From an archaeon (lineage in GTDB: Archaea > Nanobdellota > Nanobdellia > Parvarchaeales > Parvarchaeaceae): 64,000 nucleotides of DNA. This document shows, piece after piece, positions 20,359 to 30,838 of this stretch (position 1 is its first letter; the number at the start of each line of letters is the position of its first letter). The position numbers and the translations under genes are program-made. Below the pieces are notes generated by a model that worked only from the letters and a program-made list of their open reading frames with translations, had not been told where the DNA came from and ran no database searches. The DNA lies in contig JBBIPE010000001.1 in NCBI GenBank assembly GCA_037443005.1, positions 1,634-65,633 on the forward strand, given 5' to 3'.

Positions 20359-20648
20359 CTGTGGGATCTCCAGATTCAGTAATTAGAGTCAGGGCCAGTC
20401 CTCTTTGGATTTTCATATCCGCAGTACCATTTTTTGTAGGTACTTTAATAGCGGTTTTGTATACTCTTACTTTGAAGGATGAAAATAAAGCATACTCTCT
20501 TCTGATGTTGATCCCTTTCATCGGCCAATAGTAACATTCGTTCTTATGTCATCAAAGGACAGATATATCTCCACTATGGCAAGTTTGGTTTTTTTTAGGT
20601 CAGATACTTGAATCTGTAGTGTCCTCACTTATATTATATTTTATCTGA
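20355..20648 (+). pseudogene. Small membrane protein with two compensating frameshifts
   Basis: ATGA-coupled start; MTVGSPD...LIPFIGQ-TAG (20531); the shifted frame gives GPIVTFVLMSSKDRYISTMASLV, and after the T8 run (20589-20596) LGQILESVVSSLILYFI-TGA. Confidence 0.55.
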
Positions 20649-20682
20649 AATCAGCCTGCAGAGCAGAGGAATACTGTGATGT

Positions 20683-21881
20683 CTATTTCTTTCTTTCTTC
20701 CAGTGGCTTTATTTTCCTGAAACTTAGAAAGATAAGGACATCATAAAATAGCTTTATCGAGCCGGATAGAAAGAACGGGAGAGCATACTGAAAAGTCCCT
20801 ATAAAATAACTTGAAATAGCAGGACTTATGCCCTGGGCTATGCTTCTCGGCGTGTTTGTTATACCTGCAGTTGCGGTCCTTTCATTGGGCTTTACTATCG
20901 CCATAGTGTATGATTGCCTTGTGGGCACATCCATCTGTGACAGGCTCTGTCTTAAGAATAGAAAACCAACTGCGTAAAAAAGGGAAGGCGCAAGCGGTAT
21001 TATTATCAGTGCAACATTTGATATCATGTGGGTAAATACCATGGTTTTCAAAAGACCTATTCTTTTCGCGACGTAAGGTGCGAGAAGAATCGATATTGCA
21101 GTTATAATATTAGTTGTAAGGAAAAGCAAGGCCAGAGAATTCAGGTTAAGGCCGTATCTGGAATTGAACCACAGGGTAAGCAGGCTTTGAAGTATGAAAC
21201 CGCCACCGAAGGCATCGATTGAAAACAGCGCTGATAATTTGATTATTGTCTTTCTTGTTTCCCTTGATATTTTGATATTTACCGCTTTTTTCGGAGTCTC
21301 TATGGTTTTGCTTAGCGGCATATAAACTAAGATCAATGCGATTGATATGGCAAAGTAAATATAAAGTGCAATGTGGTATCCAAATAGCGGATTTTTAAAC
21401 AAGGTGGGGACTGCGCTGAACAGCGCACCTACAGCAGCCGCAGAGTAACCCAGGAAGTTGTAAATCCCATATGCCTTTGTCCTTTTTTCTCATCAACTTG
21501 AGTAGCTATGGAGGACTGTTCTATTGCCAGGAAAGGTCCTGTTTCCGTTCCCGTAACGCTTACAGATCCGATGAACGCTGCAAGTATGAAGAGAGCAACA
21601 TCAATATCTGCTACCATTAACAGCGCAGAAACGGCCATAAGTGCTGATAACAATATCAAAAATCTCCTTTTTCCGAAAGAATCCGAAAATTTGCTTATTA
21701 TCAAATTAAATGACACGCTGCCTAAAACTGCAGATGAAAGGACTATACCAATTATTAAGGCAGAATATCCGAGATGCAGCATGTATAACGGAAGGATTAT
21801 GCTCAGAAAACCGAATCCGAAGACCCTCAATGATTTTGCCAGAAAAAGCAGCCTATTATTTTTTGATAACCACTCTAACAT
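20683..21881 (-). pseudogene. MFS transporter split by a one-base frameshift in an A6 run (21483-21488)
   Basis: Adding one A joins DEKK to RTKAYGIYNFLGYSAAAVGALFSAVPTLFKNPLF and the 20683-21402 ORF; MFS motifs SDSFGKRR, TETGPF, SQMDVPTRQSY. Confidence 0.85.
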
Positions 21882-22014
21882 TATTTTTTGAATATAGCAT
21901 CCAATTTAAGCCTTAACAAAGTAAATTAGAGATCCCATATCCTGAGCTAAATAGCTTCATCGCATTGTATGATGGAACAAAATAGCCTAGTCTCTTTAAT
22001 TGAAATTTATACTA

Positions 22015-23937
22015 TTATTTGTTTTTAGCGTATATATTGCCAGTGTTTTTTCGTTCTATCTTAAACGGCCTGAACATGTTACCATTCCCTTCGTAGAACT
22101 TTGAAAAGAACTCTACATAAATAAGCCTTGCGCCCTGTATACCTCCTTCAAATAAGGCTATTACAATGTTGAACAGCTGTCCAAACACCAGTATAACAAC
22201 CCCGCCGATTATGAAAGGTATCGAACCGCTTAAACTTGATACAAATATCAAGTTTATCACCTGTGCAAGTATAACGGAAGCCAAAAGTATGCCGACAAGC
22301 CTTGTATATGATAGTATATGGCTTATTACAGAAGGTATCTCCATCAAAGACTGCACACCCTCAGATCTAAGTACCAATACTATCCCTATTATTATTGAGA
22401 TGTAACTACCTACTGCTTCAAGATTTGAAAGTCCTATACTCTCCTTGTGAAGCACGGCCAAACCAACTATCACTATGCCCCATGCTACAAGAAGCCAGCC
22501 TATCCTTCCCACAGCCTTTTTCAGATTTTTGTTGTATATGTGGTTTATAGCACCGAGAACAAAGCCAAAGGAAACCATCCCCACACCTATCCATCCTGAT
22601 ATCAGAAGGAGTGTTGCAACGCTTTTTGTGACGCTGAAAATAGGGGTGTATGGAAGGGCGAATCCGAAATATTCGTTGAATATAATACCCAATGCTATTG
22701 CGATTATCGATCCAGGGATTATAGCTTTCATTATCATCATCAGGCTGTTCTTACTGATTATTGTCCTGACAAATTTCGCAAGTTTTCTGGGTATATGGCT
22801 TTTTTTAGGAGGGTGATTTGTTCTGTGTATAATCCATAAGCTAAGAATAAGAAAAGTCGCACCGTAACCTGCATCTCCCACCATCAGGCCGAAGAATATA
22901 GGAAAGGCTATTCCGAAGAATATTGTAGGGTCTATCTCGCTGCTTTTAGGAATGGAATAAAAGCGTATGAAAAATTCGTATAGCTTGAAGGAAACGGGGT
23001 TTTCCATCTTTGTAGGAGGTTCCTCTTTTGTTTTTATGTTCTCAAGAACGAAGTTTCCATTGCTTATTCGGTCAAGTTCCGCTTCTGCTTCTGTTACTCT
23101 TTTATTCTCTATCCACCCTTCTATTACAACAGTGTAATTTGTTGATCCTACCTTTGGTATAATACTCGCTTTTTTCATTTCTATATCCAGATATTCCTTA
23201 AGTGCTGCAACCATTTTATAATGTGCTTTTGAGATCTTGTCCAGTCTTTCATTTATTTTTCCAAGTTTTTCCAGAGCCTCTTTTACTGTCTTTTTCTCTT
23301 TTTCCTTTATCTCTACAGGTTTTCCGTTTAAATCAGGCACTTTTATAAGGCTTACACCTATTTTCTTTGCGATGGCAGCTATCTTTTCTCTGTCATGTTT
23401 TTCTATCGTTACTATGAATGATTTTGACAACTCCGATAACTCACATTCCACATCGTTCTTTAATATTTCAATGAAAGAATTGTCCTTTTTCTTTGCTATA
23501 ATAAAGGATTCAAGCCGGTTTCCGTTTAGTATTTTTAAATCTTTGTTGAAATCCTCTATCATCTCTATGATAGAGAGTATTGAATCGCTTGCGTTTATCT
23601 CCACGTTTATTTTTTCTTCCTCTTTTTTAATCTCGTTTACTTCATCGTATATCTTTATTTTGTCCGCCTCACGGAAAATTTCATCTATACTGTCTAATTT
23701 TATGTTTCCCGCGCTTTTCTTTATAAGGCTTCCTTCAAGGCTTTTTATTTTCTGTGCGTATTTGTTTATCCTGTCATAATCAAGCTCTTTGTAATCATTT
23801 AATATTTTTTTGCTCTCATTTTCAAGTATTTCTATCTGAAGGAATCCCAATTCTCCGAGTAAAGTAACTACGGCATCATAATACTTTTTTGAGATCAATA
23901 TCCTTATCTTTTCTATTTTACTTGGAAGAAACATCAC
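22015..23937 (-). CDS. atpI: A/V-type ATP synthase subunit I (a)
   Basis: EIDPT, FFGLMVGDAGYG, SHILSYTRL, RLIYVEFFSKFY. Confidence 0.95.
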   Translation of the reverse strand: MMFLPSKIEKIRILISKKYYDAVVTLLGELGFLQIEILENESKKILNDYKELDYDRINKYAQKIKSLEGSLIKKSAGNIKLDSIDEIFREADKIKIYDEVNEIKKEEEKINVEINASDSILSIIEMIEDFNKDLKILNGNRLESFIIAKKKDNSFIEILKNDVECELSELSKSFIVTIEKHDREKIAAIAKKIGVSLIKVPDLNGKPVEIKEKEKKTVKEALEKLGKINERLDKISKAHYKMVAALKEYLDIEMKKASIIPKVGSTNYTVVIEGWIENKRVTEAEAELDRISNGNFVLENIKTKEEPPTKMENPVSFKLYEFFIRFYSIPKSSEIDPTIFFGIAFPIFFGLMVGDAGYGATFLILSLWIIHRTNHPPKKSHIPRKLAKFVRTIISKNSLMMIMKAIIPGSIIAIALGIIFNEYFGFALPYTPIFSVTKSVATLLLISGWIGVGMVSFGFVLGAINHIYNKNLKKAVGRIGWLLVAWGIVIVGLAVLHKESIGLSNLEAVGSYISIIIGIVLVLRSEGVQSLMEIPSVISHILSYTRLVGILLASVILAQVINLIFVSSLSGSIPFIIGGVVILVFGQLFNIVIALFEGGIQGARLIYVEFFSKFYEGNGNMFRPFKIERKNTGNIYAKNK

Positions 23938-24251
23938 AGATCAAAGGCCTCCTTTAGTATTTCATTGAATATCTCAAGCATTTCATCTTTTTCTAGCGGC
24001 TTTATCTTCTCCGCTTTTTTCTTTGCTTCTGCTATCTCAGTCTCTCTTTCATTTAATGCCGCCTTTTCCTCTTTCTCTACTTTATTATTTATAATATCCT
24101 TTGCCTCTTTCTCTGTATCTCTTATCTTTTTCTGGCTTTTATCAAGGCTTTCTTTTATTATCTCTGCAGCTTTGTCTTCGGCCTGTTTTACCTTCTTTTC
24201 CGAATTTTCCTCTAATTCCTTTATCCTTTGCAGAGTTTCTATAGATTCCAT
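23934..24251 (-). CDS. atpH: A/V-type ATP synthase subunit H (G-like peripheral stalk)
   Basis: Charged coiled coil located between atpD and atpI. Confidence 0.8.
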   Translation of the reverse strand: MESIETLQRIKELEENSEKKVKQAEDKAAEIIKESLDKSQKKIRDTEKEAKDIINNKVEKEEKAALNERETEIAEAKKKAEKIKPLEKDEMLEIFNEILKEAFDL

Positions 24252-24252
24252 A

Positions 24253-24864
24253 TCAGCTGTGAATCTTCTTGATAAATTTTATGGACACTAATCTATCTCT
24301 TTCCATATCATCAAGACTTTGTTTTATGTATTTTATCTTTTCCTGCCATCTTGGTATTATGACATTCTCTAGCGAGTTTGTCCTTCTATTAAGCTTGTAG
24401 ACTTCATTTAGCAGTTTTCGCATTGCAGTTTCTTTCTCAGCTATCTCTATAAGCATTGACAGGAATTGAGAGTAAAGGCTCTTTGCGTCATATACTGGTG
24501 TTGGTATAGTAATACTGTCATTTTTATTAAGTATATCCATATTTTCATTCATGCTTATATTAGGTATAATCAATCCCATAACATTTCTAGCCTTGAGGTT
24601 TGCCATTTTTTCGCTCTGTTCCTGTGCAACTCTTTCTATGGTTATCCTACCACTAAGTGCATCTGCTATCTCTATGCTTTCCCTGCTTTTTGCCTGCAAT
24701 CCATTTAGATCCATTTTCATGCTTTGGACCTGTTTTGCAAGCTCGAAGAACTCAAGTATAAGCGATGATCTCTTCATTTTCAGCAACTGAAGTCCACGAT
24801 CCGCCATTTTAATCTTGCGCTTTGTCTCTATTAACTCCCTTCTGGTAACCTTTATTGTTTCCAT
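24253..24864 (-). CDS. atpD: A/V-type ATP synthase subunit D
   Basis: [30 protein letters not shown]. Confidence 0.95.
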   Translation of the reverse strand: METIKVTRRELIETKRKIKMADRGLQLLKMKRSSLILEFFELAKQVQSMKMDLNGLQAKSRESIEIADALSGRITIERVAQEQSEKMANLKARNVMGLIIPNISMNENMDILNKNDSITIPTPVYDAKSLYSQFLSMLIEIAEKETAMRKLLNEVYKLNRRTNSLENVIIPRWQEKIKYIKQSLDDMERDRLVSIKFIKKIHS

Positions 24865-26231
24865 TTTCCGTATTTCTCGATGAATTCTGGCTTTAATCTT
24901 TTCATTTCGGATTTATCTATAGAGCTTAGAAGTTCCCACCCTAAATTAAGGGTCTCTTCTATGCTCCTGTCTTCGTTGAAATCCTGTCTTATGAATCTAT
25001 TTTCAAATTCATCGGCAAAATGAAGATACTGTTTGTCTATAGTACTAAGTGCATCCTCTCCCACTATTTCAGTAAGGCTTCTAAGCTCTTTTCCTCTTGC
25101 GTAGGCAGCATACATCTGGTCGGAAACATTCTTGTGGTCTTCCCTTGTAGAATCTTTTCCTATGCCCTGATTCATAAGTCTTGAAAGCGAAAGCAGCACA
25201 TCAACTCCAGGGTATATTCCGCTCTTATCAAGGGATCTGCTGAGAACTATCTGGCCTTCTGTAATGTAGCCTGTTAAATCTGGTATAGGGTGCGTTATAT
25301 CATCACTTGGCATTGTAAGTATAGGCAGCTGTGTAACAGAACCTTCTTTTCCCTTTACTTTACCCGCTCTTTCAAACAGGCTTGCAAGGTCCGTATACAT
25401 GTACCCTGGATAGCCTCTTCTTCCCGGGACTTCATCTCTTGCTGCGGATATCTCACGCAGTGCTTCTGCGTAATTTGTCATATCAGTAAGTATAACAATT
25501 ACATGCGCATTTTTTTCATAAGCAAGATATTCTGCAGTGGTAAGTGCAAGTCTCGGAAGGATTACTCTCTCCATAGACGGTTCAGCTGCAAGGTTGAGAA
25601 ATATAACAGATTTTTCAAGTGCTCCGCTGTTTTGAAATTCATCCATAAAAAAGTTTGCATCCTCACTGTTTATTCCTATTCCTCCAAAAACAACATAGAA
25701 TCCGCTTTTTTCTGTAAGTATCTTTGCCTGCTTTACTATCTGAGCAGCTAGTTTGTTGTGTGGCAATCCGGATCCGGAGAATATTGGTAATTTCTGCCCT
25801 CTTACAAGCGTATTCATACAGTCTATGGAAGATATACCTGTCTGGACGAATTCCGAAGGTTCCTCTCTTGCATAAGGGTTTATAGGGCTGCCATTTATGT
25901 CTATTTTCTCATCACTGAATATTGGAATACCGCCATCTCTTGGCCTTCCCAGACCATCAAATACCCTTCCAACCATATCCATGCTTACTGGCATCTTGAA
26001 AGTGGTTCCTTTAAATCTAACTTTTGTATCCTGAGTATTCATACCAGTGGTTTCACCGAAGACTTGGACTATTGTAACTTCTTCATTTGTAGCCAAAACC
26101 TGTCCGCTTACCTTCTTGCCGTTGTCTAGCTCTATCTCCACCTGCTCATTGTACGCTGCATTCTTTACTCCTTGTACAAAAAGCAGCACGTTTGTTACCT
26201 TTTCTATCGTTTTATATTCTACTTCTTCCAT
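24852..26231 (-). CDS. atpB: A/V-type ATP synthase subunit B
   Basis: [44 protein letters not shown]. Confidence 0.98.
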   Translation of the reverse strand: MEEVEYKTIEKVTNVLLFVQGVKNAAYNEQVEIELDNGKKVSGQVLATNEEVTIVQVFGETTGMNTQDTKVRFKGTTFKMPVSMDMVGRVFDGLGRPRDGGIPIFSDEKIDINGSPINPYAREEPSEFVQTGISSIDCMNTLVRGQKLPIFSGSGLPHNKLAAQIVKQAKILTEKSGFYVVFGGIGINSEDANFFMDEFQNSGALEKSVIFLNLAAEPSMERVILPRLALTTAEYLAYEKNAHVIVILTDMTNYAEALREISAARDEVPGRRGYPGYMYTDLASLFERAGKVKGKEGSVTQLPILTMPSDDITHPIPDLTGYITEGQIVLSRSLDKSGIYPGVDVLLSLSRLMNQGIGKDSTREDHKNVSDQMYAAYARGKELRSLTEIVGEDALSTIDKQYLHFADEFENRFIRQDFNEDRSIEETLNLGWELLSSIDKSEMKRLKPEFIEKYGKWKQ

Positions 26232-26232
26232 A

Positions 26233-27984
26233 TCATTTCTCCCCGTTTAGCTTCTTTATATCCTCCATATCTTTTTCTATCTCCTTTATCTTATCATCAA
26301 TTTCCTCTTCCTTTGTATATCTCAATCTGGATATTTTTGGTTTTATTGGTATCTCTTGTATCTTTTGGATAGGAACGTTTCTTTTTAGGGCTTCCTGCTC
26401 ATAATCAAATACTTTATTTATAAGTTTTAGCATCTTGTACTGCTTTTGCATTGATGCGTAAGTGTCTATGTCATCAAATGCATTCTGCTGCAGGTAATCT
26501 TCCCTTAGCATTCTCGCTATATCAAGTATAAGTTTGTCGCTTTCAGGAAGTGCATCATACCCGACAAGTTGTACTATCTCGTTTATGTCTGCTTCTTTTT
26601 GCAGAGTAGCAAGCGCCCAGTTTCTAAGTTCCGGCCAGTCTTCCGCTACGTTTTTCCTGTACCAATTATCCAATTCATCATTGTAAAGCGAATAGCTGTT
26701 AAGCCAGTTTATTGAGGGAAAATGTCTTGCGTTTGCCAGCGAAGCATCAAGCGCCCAGAATACTCTTGTAACTCTTAATGTATTCTGTGAAACAGGCTCC
26801 GATATATCTCCACCAGGTGGGGAAACTGCTCCAACTAAAGTTGCAGCTCCAATCTTTCCATTTAATAGTCTCGCTCTCCCAGCTCTCTCATAAAATTCTC
26901 CTATCCTTCTTCCTAAATATGCAGGATATCCTTCTTCACCTGGCATTTCTTCAAGTCTACCGGAAAGCTCTCTCAGAGCTTCAGCCCATCTTGAAGTACT
27001 GTCGGCCATTACAGCCACGCTGTATCCCATATCTCTGTAATATTCTGCAAGTGTTATCCCTGTGTAAATGCTTGCTTCCCTTGCGGCAACAGGCATGTTT
27101 GAAGTGTTTGCGATAAGTATTGTTCTGTCCATAAGCGGTTTGCCGCTCTTTGGATCCTTTAGCTCTGGGAATGTAGTCAGTATCTCTGTCATCTCGTTTC
27201 CTCTTTCCCCGCAACCAACGTAAACTATAACATCGGCATCTGACCACTTCGCAAGCTGATGCTGAATTACTGTTTTTCCCGACCCGAACGGCCCTGGCAC
27301 TGCAGCTGTTCCCCCCATTGCGATTGGGAACATTGTGTCTATTACTCTCTGGCCTGTTAACAAAGGAATGTTTGGTGCAAGTTTTTCTTTTACGGGTCTC
27401 TGTGTTCTGACAGGCCACTTTGTCATCATCTTTATTTCTTCTTTTTTGTTTTCATTCTCAATAACCGCTATTGTTTCATCTATTGTATACTCTCCTTCTT
27501 CAACTATGCTTTTAATGGTTCCTTTTTTATTTACAGGCACGAGTATTTTATGTTTTATAAGAGAGGTCTCCTTTACTTCCCCGAGTTCTTCTCCCGGCAT
27601 AACTTCCTTTCCTACTTCAGCCTTTGGCTTGAAATGCCATTTCTTTTCTCTGTCAAGTGAATCAACCTTTACTCCGCTTCCTATAAACGTGCCTTCCTTG
27701 TTGAGTATCTTGTCAAGCGGCCTCTGTATACCGTCAAATATCGAACCTATAAGTCCTGGGCCAAGTTCAACAGAAAGAGGCTCTCCTGTGTCTTCTGCTG
27801 TTTCCCCGACTTTTAATCCGCTAGTATCCTCATATACCTGCACTATTGCATTGCTTTCTTCTATTTTTACAATTTCACCAACAAGATTGTTCTTCCCTAT
27901 AAAAACGATGTCATTCATCTTTGGCTTATCAAGATTTGTAACAGTCACAACAGAACCAGATATTCCTATAACTTTTCCTTCCAT
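26233..27984 (-). CDS. atpA: A/V-type ATP synthase subunit A (no intein)
   Basis: [29 protein letters not shown]. Confidence 0.98.
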   Translation of the reverse strand: MEGKVIGISGSVVTVTNLDKPKMNDIVFIGKNNLVGEIVKIEESNAIVQVYEDTSGLKVGETAEDTGEPLSVELGPGLIGSIFDGIQRPLDKILNKEGTFIGSGVKVDSLDREKKWHFKPKAEVGKEVMPGEELGEVKETSLIKHKILVPVNKKGTIKSIVEEGEYTIDETIAVIENENKKEEIKMMTKWPVRTQRPVKEKLAPNIPLLTGQRVIDTMFPIAMGGTAAVPGPFGSGKTVIQHQLAKWSDADVIVYVGCGERGNEMTEILTTFPELKDPKSGKPLMDRTILIANTSNMPVAAREASIYTGITLAEYYRDMGYSVAVMADSTSRWAEALRELSGRLEEMPGEEGYPAYLGRRIGEFYERAGRARLLNGKIGAATLVGAVSPPGGDISEPVSQNTLRVTRVFWALDASLANARHFPSINWLNSYSLYNDELDNWYRKNVAEDWPELRNWALATLQKEADINEIVQLVGYDALPESDKLILDIARMLREDYLQQNAFDDIDTYASMQKQYKMLKLINKVFDYEQEALKRNVPIQKIQEIPIKPKISRLRYTKEEEIDDKIKEIEKDMEDIKKLNGEK

Positions 27985-27985
27985 T

Positions 27986-28309
27986 TTATTTTAATTTGGT
28001 TATATCCACCCCCAATACTCTTTTTGCTAGACTTTCCAAAGATTCACTTCCCTCCAAAACTTCCTTTGAAGGTATTAGCAGTACAAGCGGGTCAACGCTG
28101 GTGTTTATCAGGTTGATCTCATTCTGATCTGCATATTCCTTTATGCTTTCTTCTGCTATTATAAGATTATACTCTTTGTTTTTTATTAATTTAATTACTT
28201 CATTTAGGGCTTCTTTTCCAGAAAGTGACAGTGTTTTGTCTATACCTGCCAATTGAAGCCCCAGCGCATCCTGTCTTTCCCCTATGAAAACGATCTTTTT
28301 AAATTCCAT
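27986..28309 (-). CDS. atpF: A/V-type ATP synthase subunit F
   Basis: IVFIGE...GLQLAGI, KRVLGVDI. Confidence 0.92.
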   Translation of the reverse strand: MEFKKIVFIGERQDALGLQLAGIDKTLSLSGKEALNEVIKLIKNKEYNLIIAEESIKEYADQNEINLINTSVDPLVLLIPSKEVLEGSESLESLAKRVLGVDITKLK

Positions 28310-29339
28310 ATCCTATATCTATAATCCTTTTTTCAATTCCATAATATTTTTTAAACCAGCTTAACCTTATTATATCTCTTTCTATTTCTGCGCTTATTAT
28401 AAATGAAAGCACTGCGCCAATAGACAAGGAGTTTGCCCTGAAAACTGTGAGATACTTGTCGTGTATGATCCTCTTTAATTCTACTTCAAAGTTTGATATC
28501 AATCTGTCCTCATTGTAAAGTTTGTTTGCTTCCTCTAGATCATATGGTATATTTTTTATCATATCCTCAATATTCATCTTTGAAAGATCCGAAAATTTTT
28601 CCAGAGATATTGTTCCCCCTTTCACAAGCAGTTCATTTGACGGCTTTTTCAATTCTATCTCCTTTATAACAGTCATTATGTTTCTGAGGTCTATAAGCGA
28701 CTGGATAAATCGAAGTACCGGTCCTTCATCTCCATTGTAAAATTTAAAGTTTTTCAGTAATTCATTATAATACTCTATATCAAGAGCAAGCGACATGCCG
28801 GATACATTTCTGCTAAGCTCAGCCGAAACCGAGAAGGGAAGCAGAATAGTTCCGTAAGGGTATCTTGTAAGATAGTTTATTGTCTCTACTATGTCTTTCT
28901 GTGCGATTATATTAGCATAATCCTCTTTGCTTATTAACGGACTTGATAATCCTGCAGGGAATCCTCTCCCTACAGTTAGCATGTTTTCTGTTAATTCAAT
29001 TTCCTTTCCTATAAGCTTTGCCGCTAGTATCAACTTTATGTTCTGTATATCTATTTTTGACAGGTAGCTTCTTACTAGATTTTTGCCGGTTGCAGGAAGT
29101 AGTGTCAGAGCGTTGTTGCAGTTCTTTATAAAATGTGTGTTTACCACTATATCAACTATATCAGGCTCCTTAAATCGGTTATAAAATAGATCTATCTCAT
29201 TTTTGTATGTCGTGGAGGAAAGCGTGGATATAAAATCTTCTTTCTTGCTTTCCTTTATTCTATCTATATCATCTTTTTTCAGTAAGTCTAGATAAAGCGC
29301 TTTTATATGGCCGTAAGACCCAGCATATGTCGAATCCAT
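28299..29339 (-). CDS. atpC: A/V-type ATP synthase subunit C (d)
   Basis: Operon position; IDIQNIK and IDLRNI repeats, EIERDIIR. Confidence 0.9.
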   Translation of the reverse strand: MDSTYAGSYGHIKALYLDLLKKDDIDRIKESKKEDFISTLSSTTYKNEIDLFYNRFKEPDIVDIVVNTHFIKNCNNALTLLPATGKNLVRSYLSKIDIQNIKLILAAKLIGKEIELTENMLTVGRGFPAGLSSPLISKEDYANIIAQKDIVETINYLTRYPYGTILLPFSVSAELSRNVSGMSLALDIEYYNELLKNFKFYNGDEGPVLRFIQSLIDLRNIMTVIKEIELKKPSNELLVKGGTISLEKFSDLSKMNIEDMIKNIPYDLEEANKLYNEDRLISNFEVELKRIIHDKYLTVFRANSLSIGAVLSFIISAEIERDIIRLSWFKKYYGIEKRIIDIGYGI

Positions 29340-29900
29340 TTATTTCTCCAGCCTATCTATAACCCTTTGAGCTATTTTATCTTCCATTTCTTGTATTAAT
29401 CTGCTTATAGACATATCAATTGAAAGCTTTCCGTCATTTGATTCAGCGTAAACGCCAAAAATTTTCTTTTTATAGATTTTTAAGTTCTTTTCCTTCTTTC
29501 CGAATTTCTCTAAGTCCTCTTTGTTCACGTATATTACCGCATCGTCTCCCAGTGATTTTTTTGCTTCTTTTATCAGCAATGGCATAAGCTTATCATATTC
29601 CTTGGTTTTGCTGAATTTGTCCTCAGATTTGTACAGGCTGTTTATGCTCTCTTTAAAAGCTTCACTGACTGCGGTTTTTATTATCTTCATTTTCTCCACA
29701 TTTGTTTTCGCTTTTTCTATATTGGTCTTTTCCGCTGCAAGAACAACTGCCTTTTCCCCCGCTTCTTTCATTATTAAATCTGCTGCTGCATTTGCGGATT
29801 TTATTTCCTGATTTGCCTTTACCTGCGCTTCAAGGATTATTCTTTTTATCTTTGTATCTGTCTCTTTCTCTATGTGCTCGGCTATCTTTTCAAGGCCCAT
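29340..29900 (-). CDS. atpE: A/V-type ATP synthase subunit E
   Basis: MGLEKI start, coiled coil, GVYAESNDGKLSIDMS. Confidence 0.9.
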   Translation of the reverse strand: MGLEKIAEHIEKETDTKIKRIILEAQVKANQEIKSANAAADLIMKEAGEKAVVLAAEKTNIEKAKTNVEKMKIIKTAVSEAFKESINSLYKSEDKFSKTKEYDKLMPLLIKEAKKSLGDDAVIYVNKEDLEKFGKKEKNLKIYKKKIFGVYAESNDGKLSIDMSISRLIQEMEDKIAQRVIDRLEK

Positions 29901-29912
29901 ATACTAATTTCC

Positions 29913-30146
29913 TCACAATATCTGCAGTAGCAATATTAATCCTAAAACGAATCCTATTATCCACAGTGTCTCTGGTATTACAAAGAAGAAAAGAACCTGT
30001 CCAAACTTCTCAGGTTTTTCTGCAATTATTCCCATACCAGCAGCACCTATTCCCTGCTGTGCCATTCCGGTACCTATTAATCCACCTGCTATTGCTATTG
30101 CTGCGGCTATAGCATATAAAGCACCTGCATCTGTCGCAATTACCAT
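29913..30146 (-). CDS. atpK: A/V-type ATP synthase subunit K (c, proteolipid; single hairpin)
   Basis: GTGMAQQGIGAAG..AEKPE..VIPETL. Confidence 0.95.
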   Translation of the reverse strand: MVIATDAGALYAIAAAIAIAGGLIGTGMAQQGIGAAGMGIIAEKPEKFGQVLFFFVIPETLWIIGFVLGLILLLQIL

Positions 30147-30349
30147 AGCACCTTTATCTTTTTTGTATTTTTAAGCTTTGCTATCTTGAATTTTTTTGAT
30201 ATATCTCCTATTTTAAAGCAAAATTTTATTAATGTTTAATGACTATAAAATAATAGCCTATTCATAAACAGAATAGTATAAAATTCAAGCAAGAACATTG
30301 AACCGAAAAGTATTTATATTAGTTTTTTCATACGGTTTATCGTAAACAT

Positions 30350-30835
30350 ATGGAAATAAACGAAATACCTGAGGAAGTAATCGACTGCCTTTTCGATGCA
30401 ATTGAGAAGGACAATAAGCTTTATGTTGTGCTCAAAGAGGACAACGCTGAAAATGAAAACAGGATAGAAAAGTTTTTTGGAAATGATGTTACATTTCTGG
30501 ACATGATGGAAATAATACAACGGAAAATGCTTTCGGATCTTATGGATGCGGTGAGTGTATTTGATAATGAGCCGTTTTTGAATAAACTTGGCTTTAATCA
30601 GATAACTGAGATATTTTATGATCTTACAAAGCTTCCACAGAGCAAAAAGATGCTCTTTAATTACGCTTTTTTGGGCAGAAGAGGCAAAGAAGGACTGCTT
30701 CAGAATATAGGCGGCGGAAGACTGACAAAGAGTGCGATATTTGTGCCTTCGTCAAAAGAGAAGGAGGTAGAAAATTTCATAAAAAAATGGAACGTAGACT
30801 ACTCTAAAAAGAGGGTTTTCGTTTTAGGAGGTTAA
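30350..30835 (+). CDS. Hypothetical protein at the head of the cdc48 operon
   Basis: 161-aa ORF ending 3 nt before cdc48; C-terminal YDL...GR.G..GLL..IGG.RL.KSAIFVP segment. Confidence 0.7.
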   Translation: MEINEIPEEVIDCLFDAIEKDNKLYVVLKEDNAENENRIEKFFGNDVTFLDMMEIIQRKMLSDLMDAVSVFDNEPFLNKLGFNQITEIFYDLTKLPQSKKMLFNYAFLGRRGKEGLLQNIGGGRLTKSAIFVPSSKEKEVENFIKKWNVDYSKKRVFVLGG

Positions 30836-30838
30836 AGT

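Noticed and set aside
20388..20395. GTCAGGGC matching the tRNA-Gln 3' end as a possible attR
   Set aside because: Only 8 bp, inside an ORF, and no integrase in the region
26233..27984. Inteins in atpA, rfcS, cdc48 or infB (known insertion hosts)
   Set aside because: Lengths are normal and the motifs are contiguous
27335..27994. Long antisense ORFs (e.g. 27335-27994, 36555-37319, 38958-39653, 4057-4608)
   Set aside because: Ser/Phe/Ile/Leu-rich shadows of Lys/Glu-rich genes on the opposite strand, with no motifs
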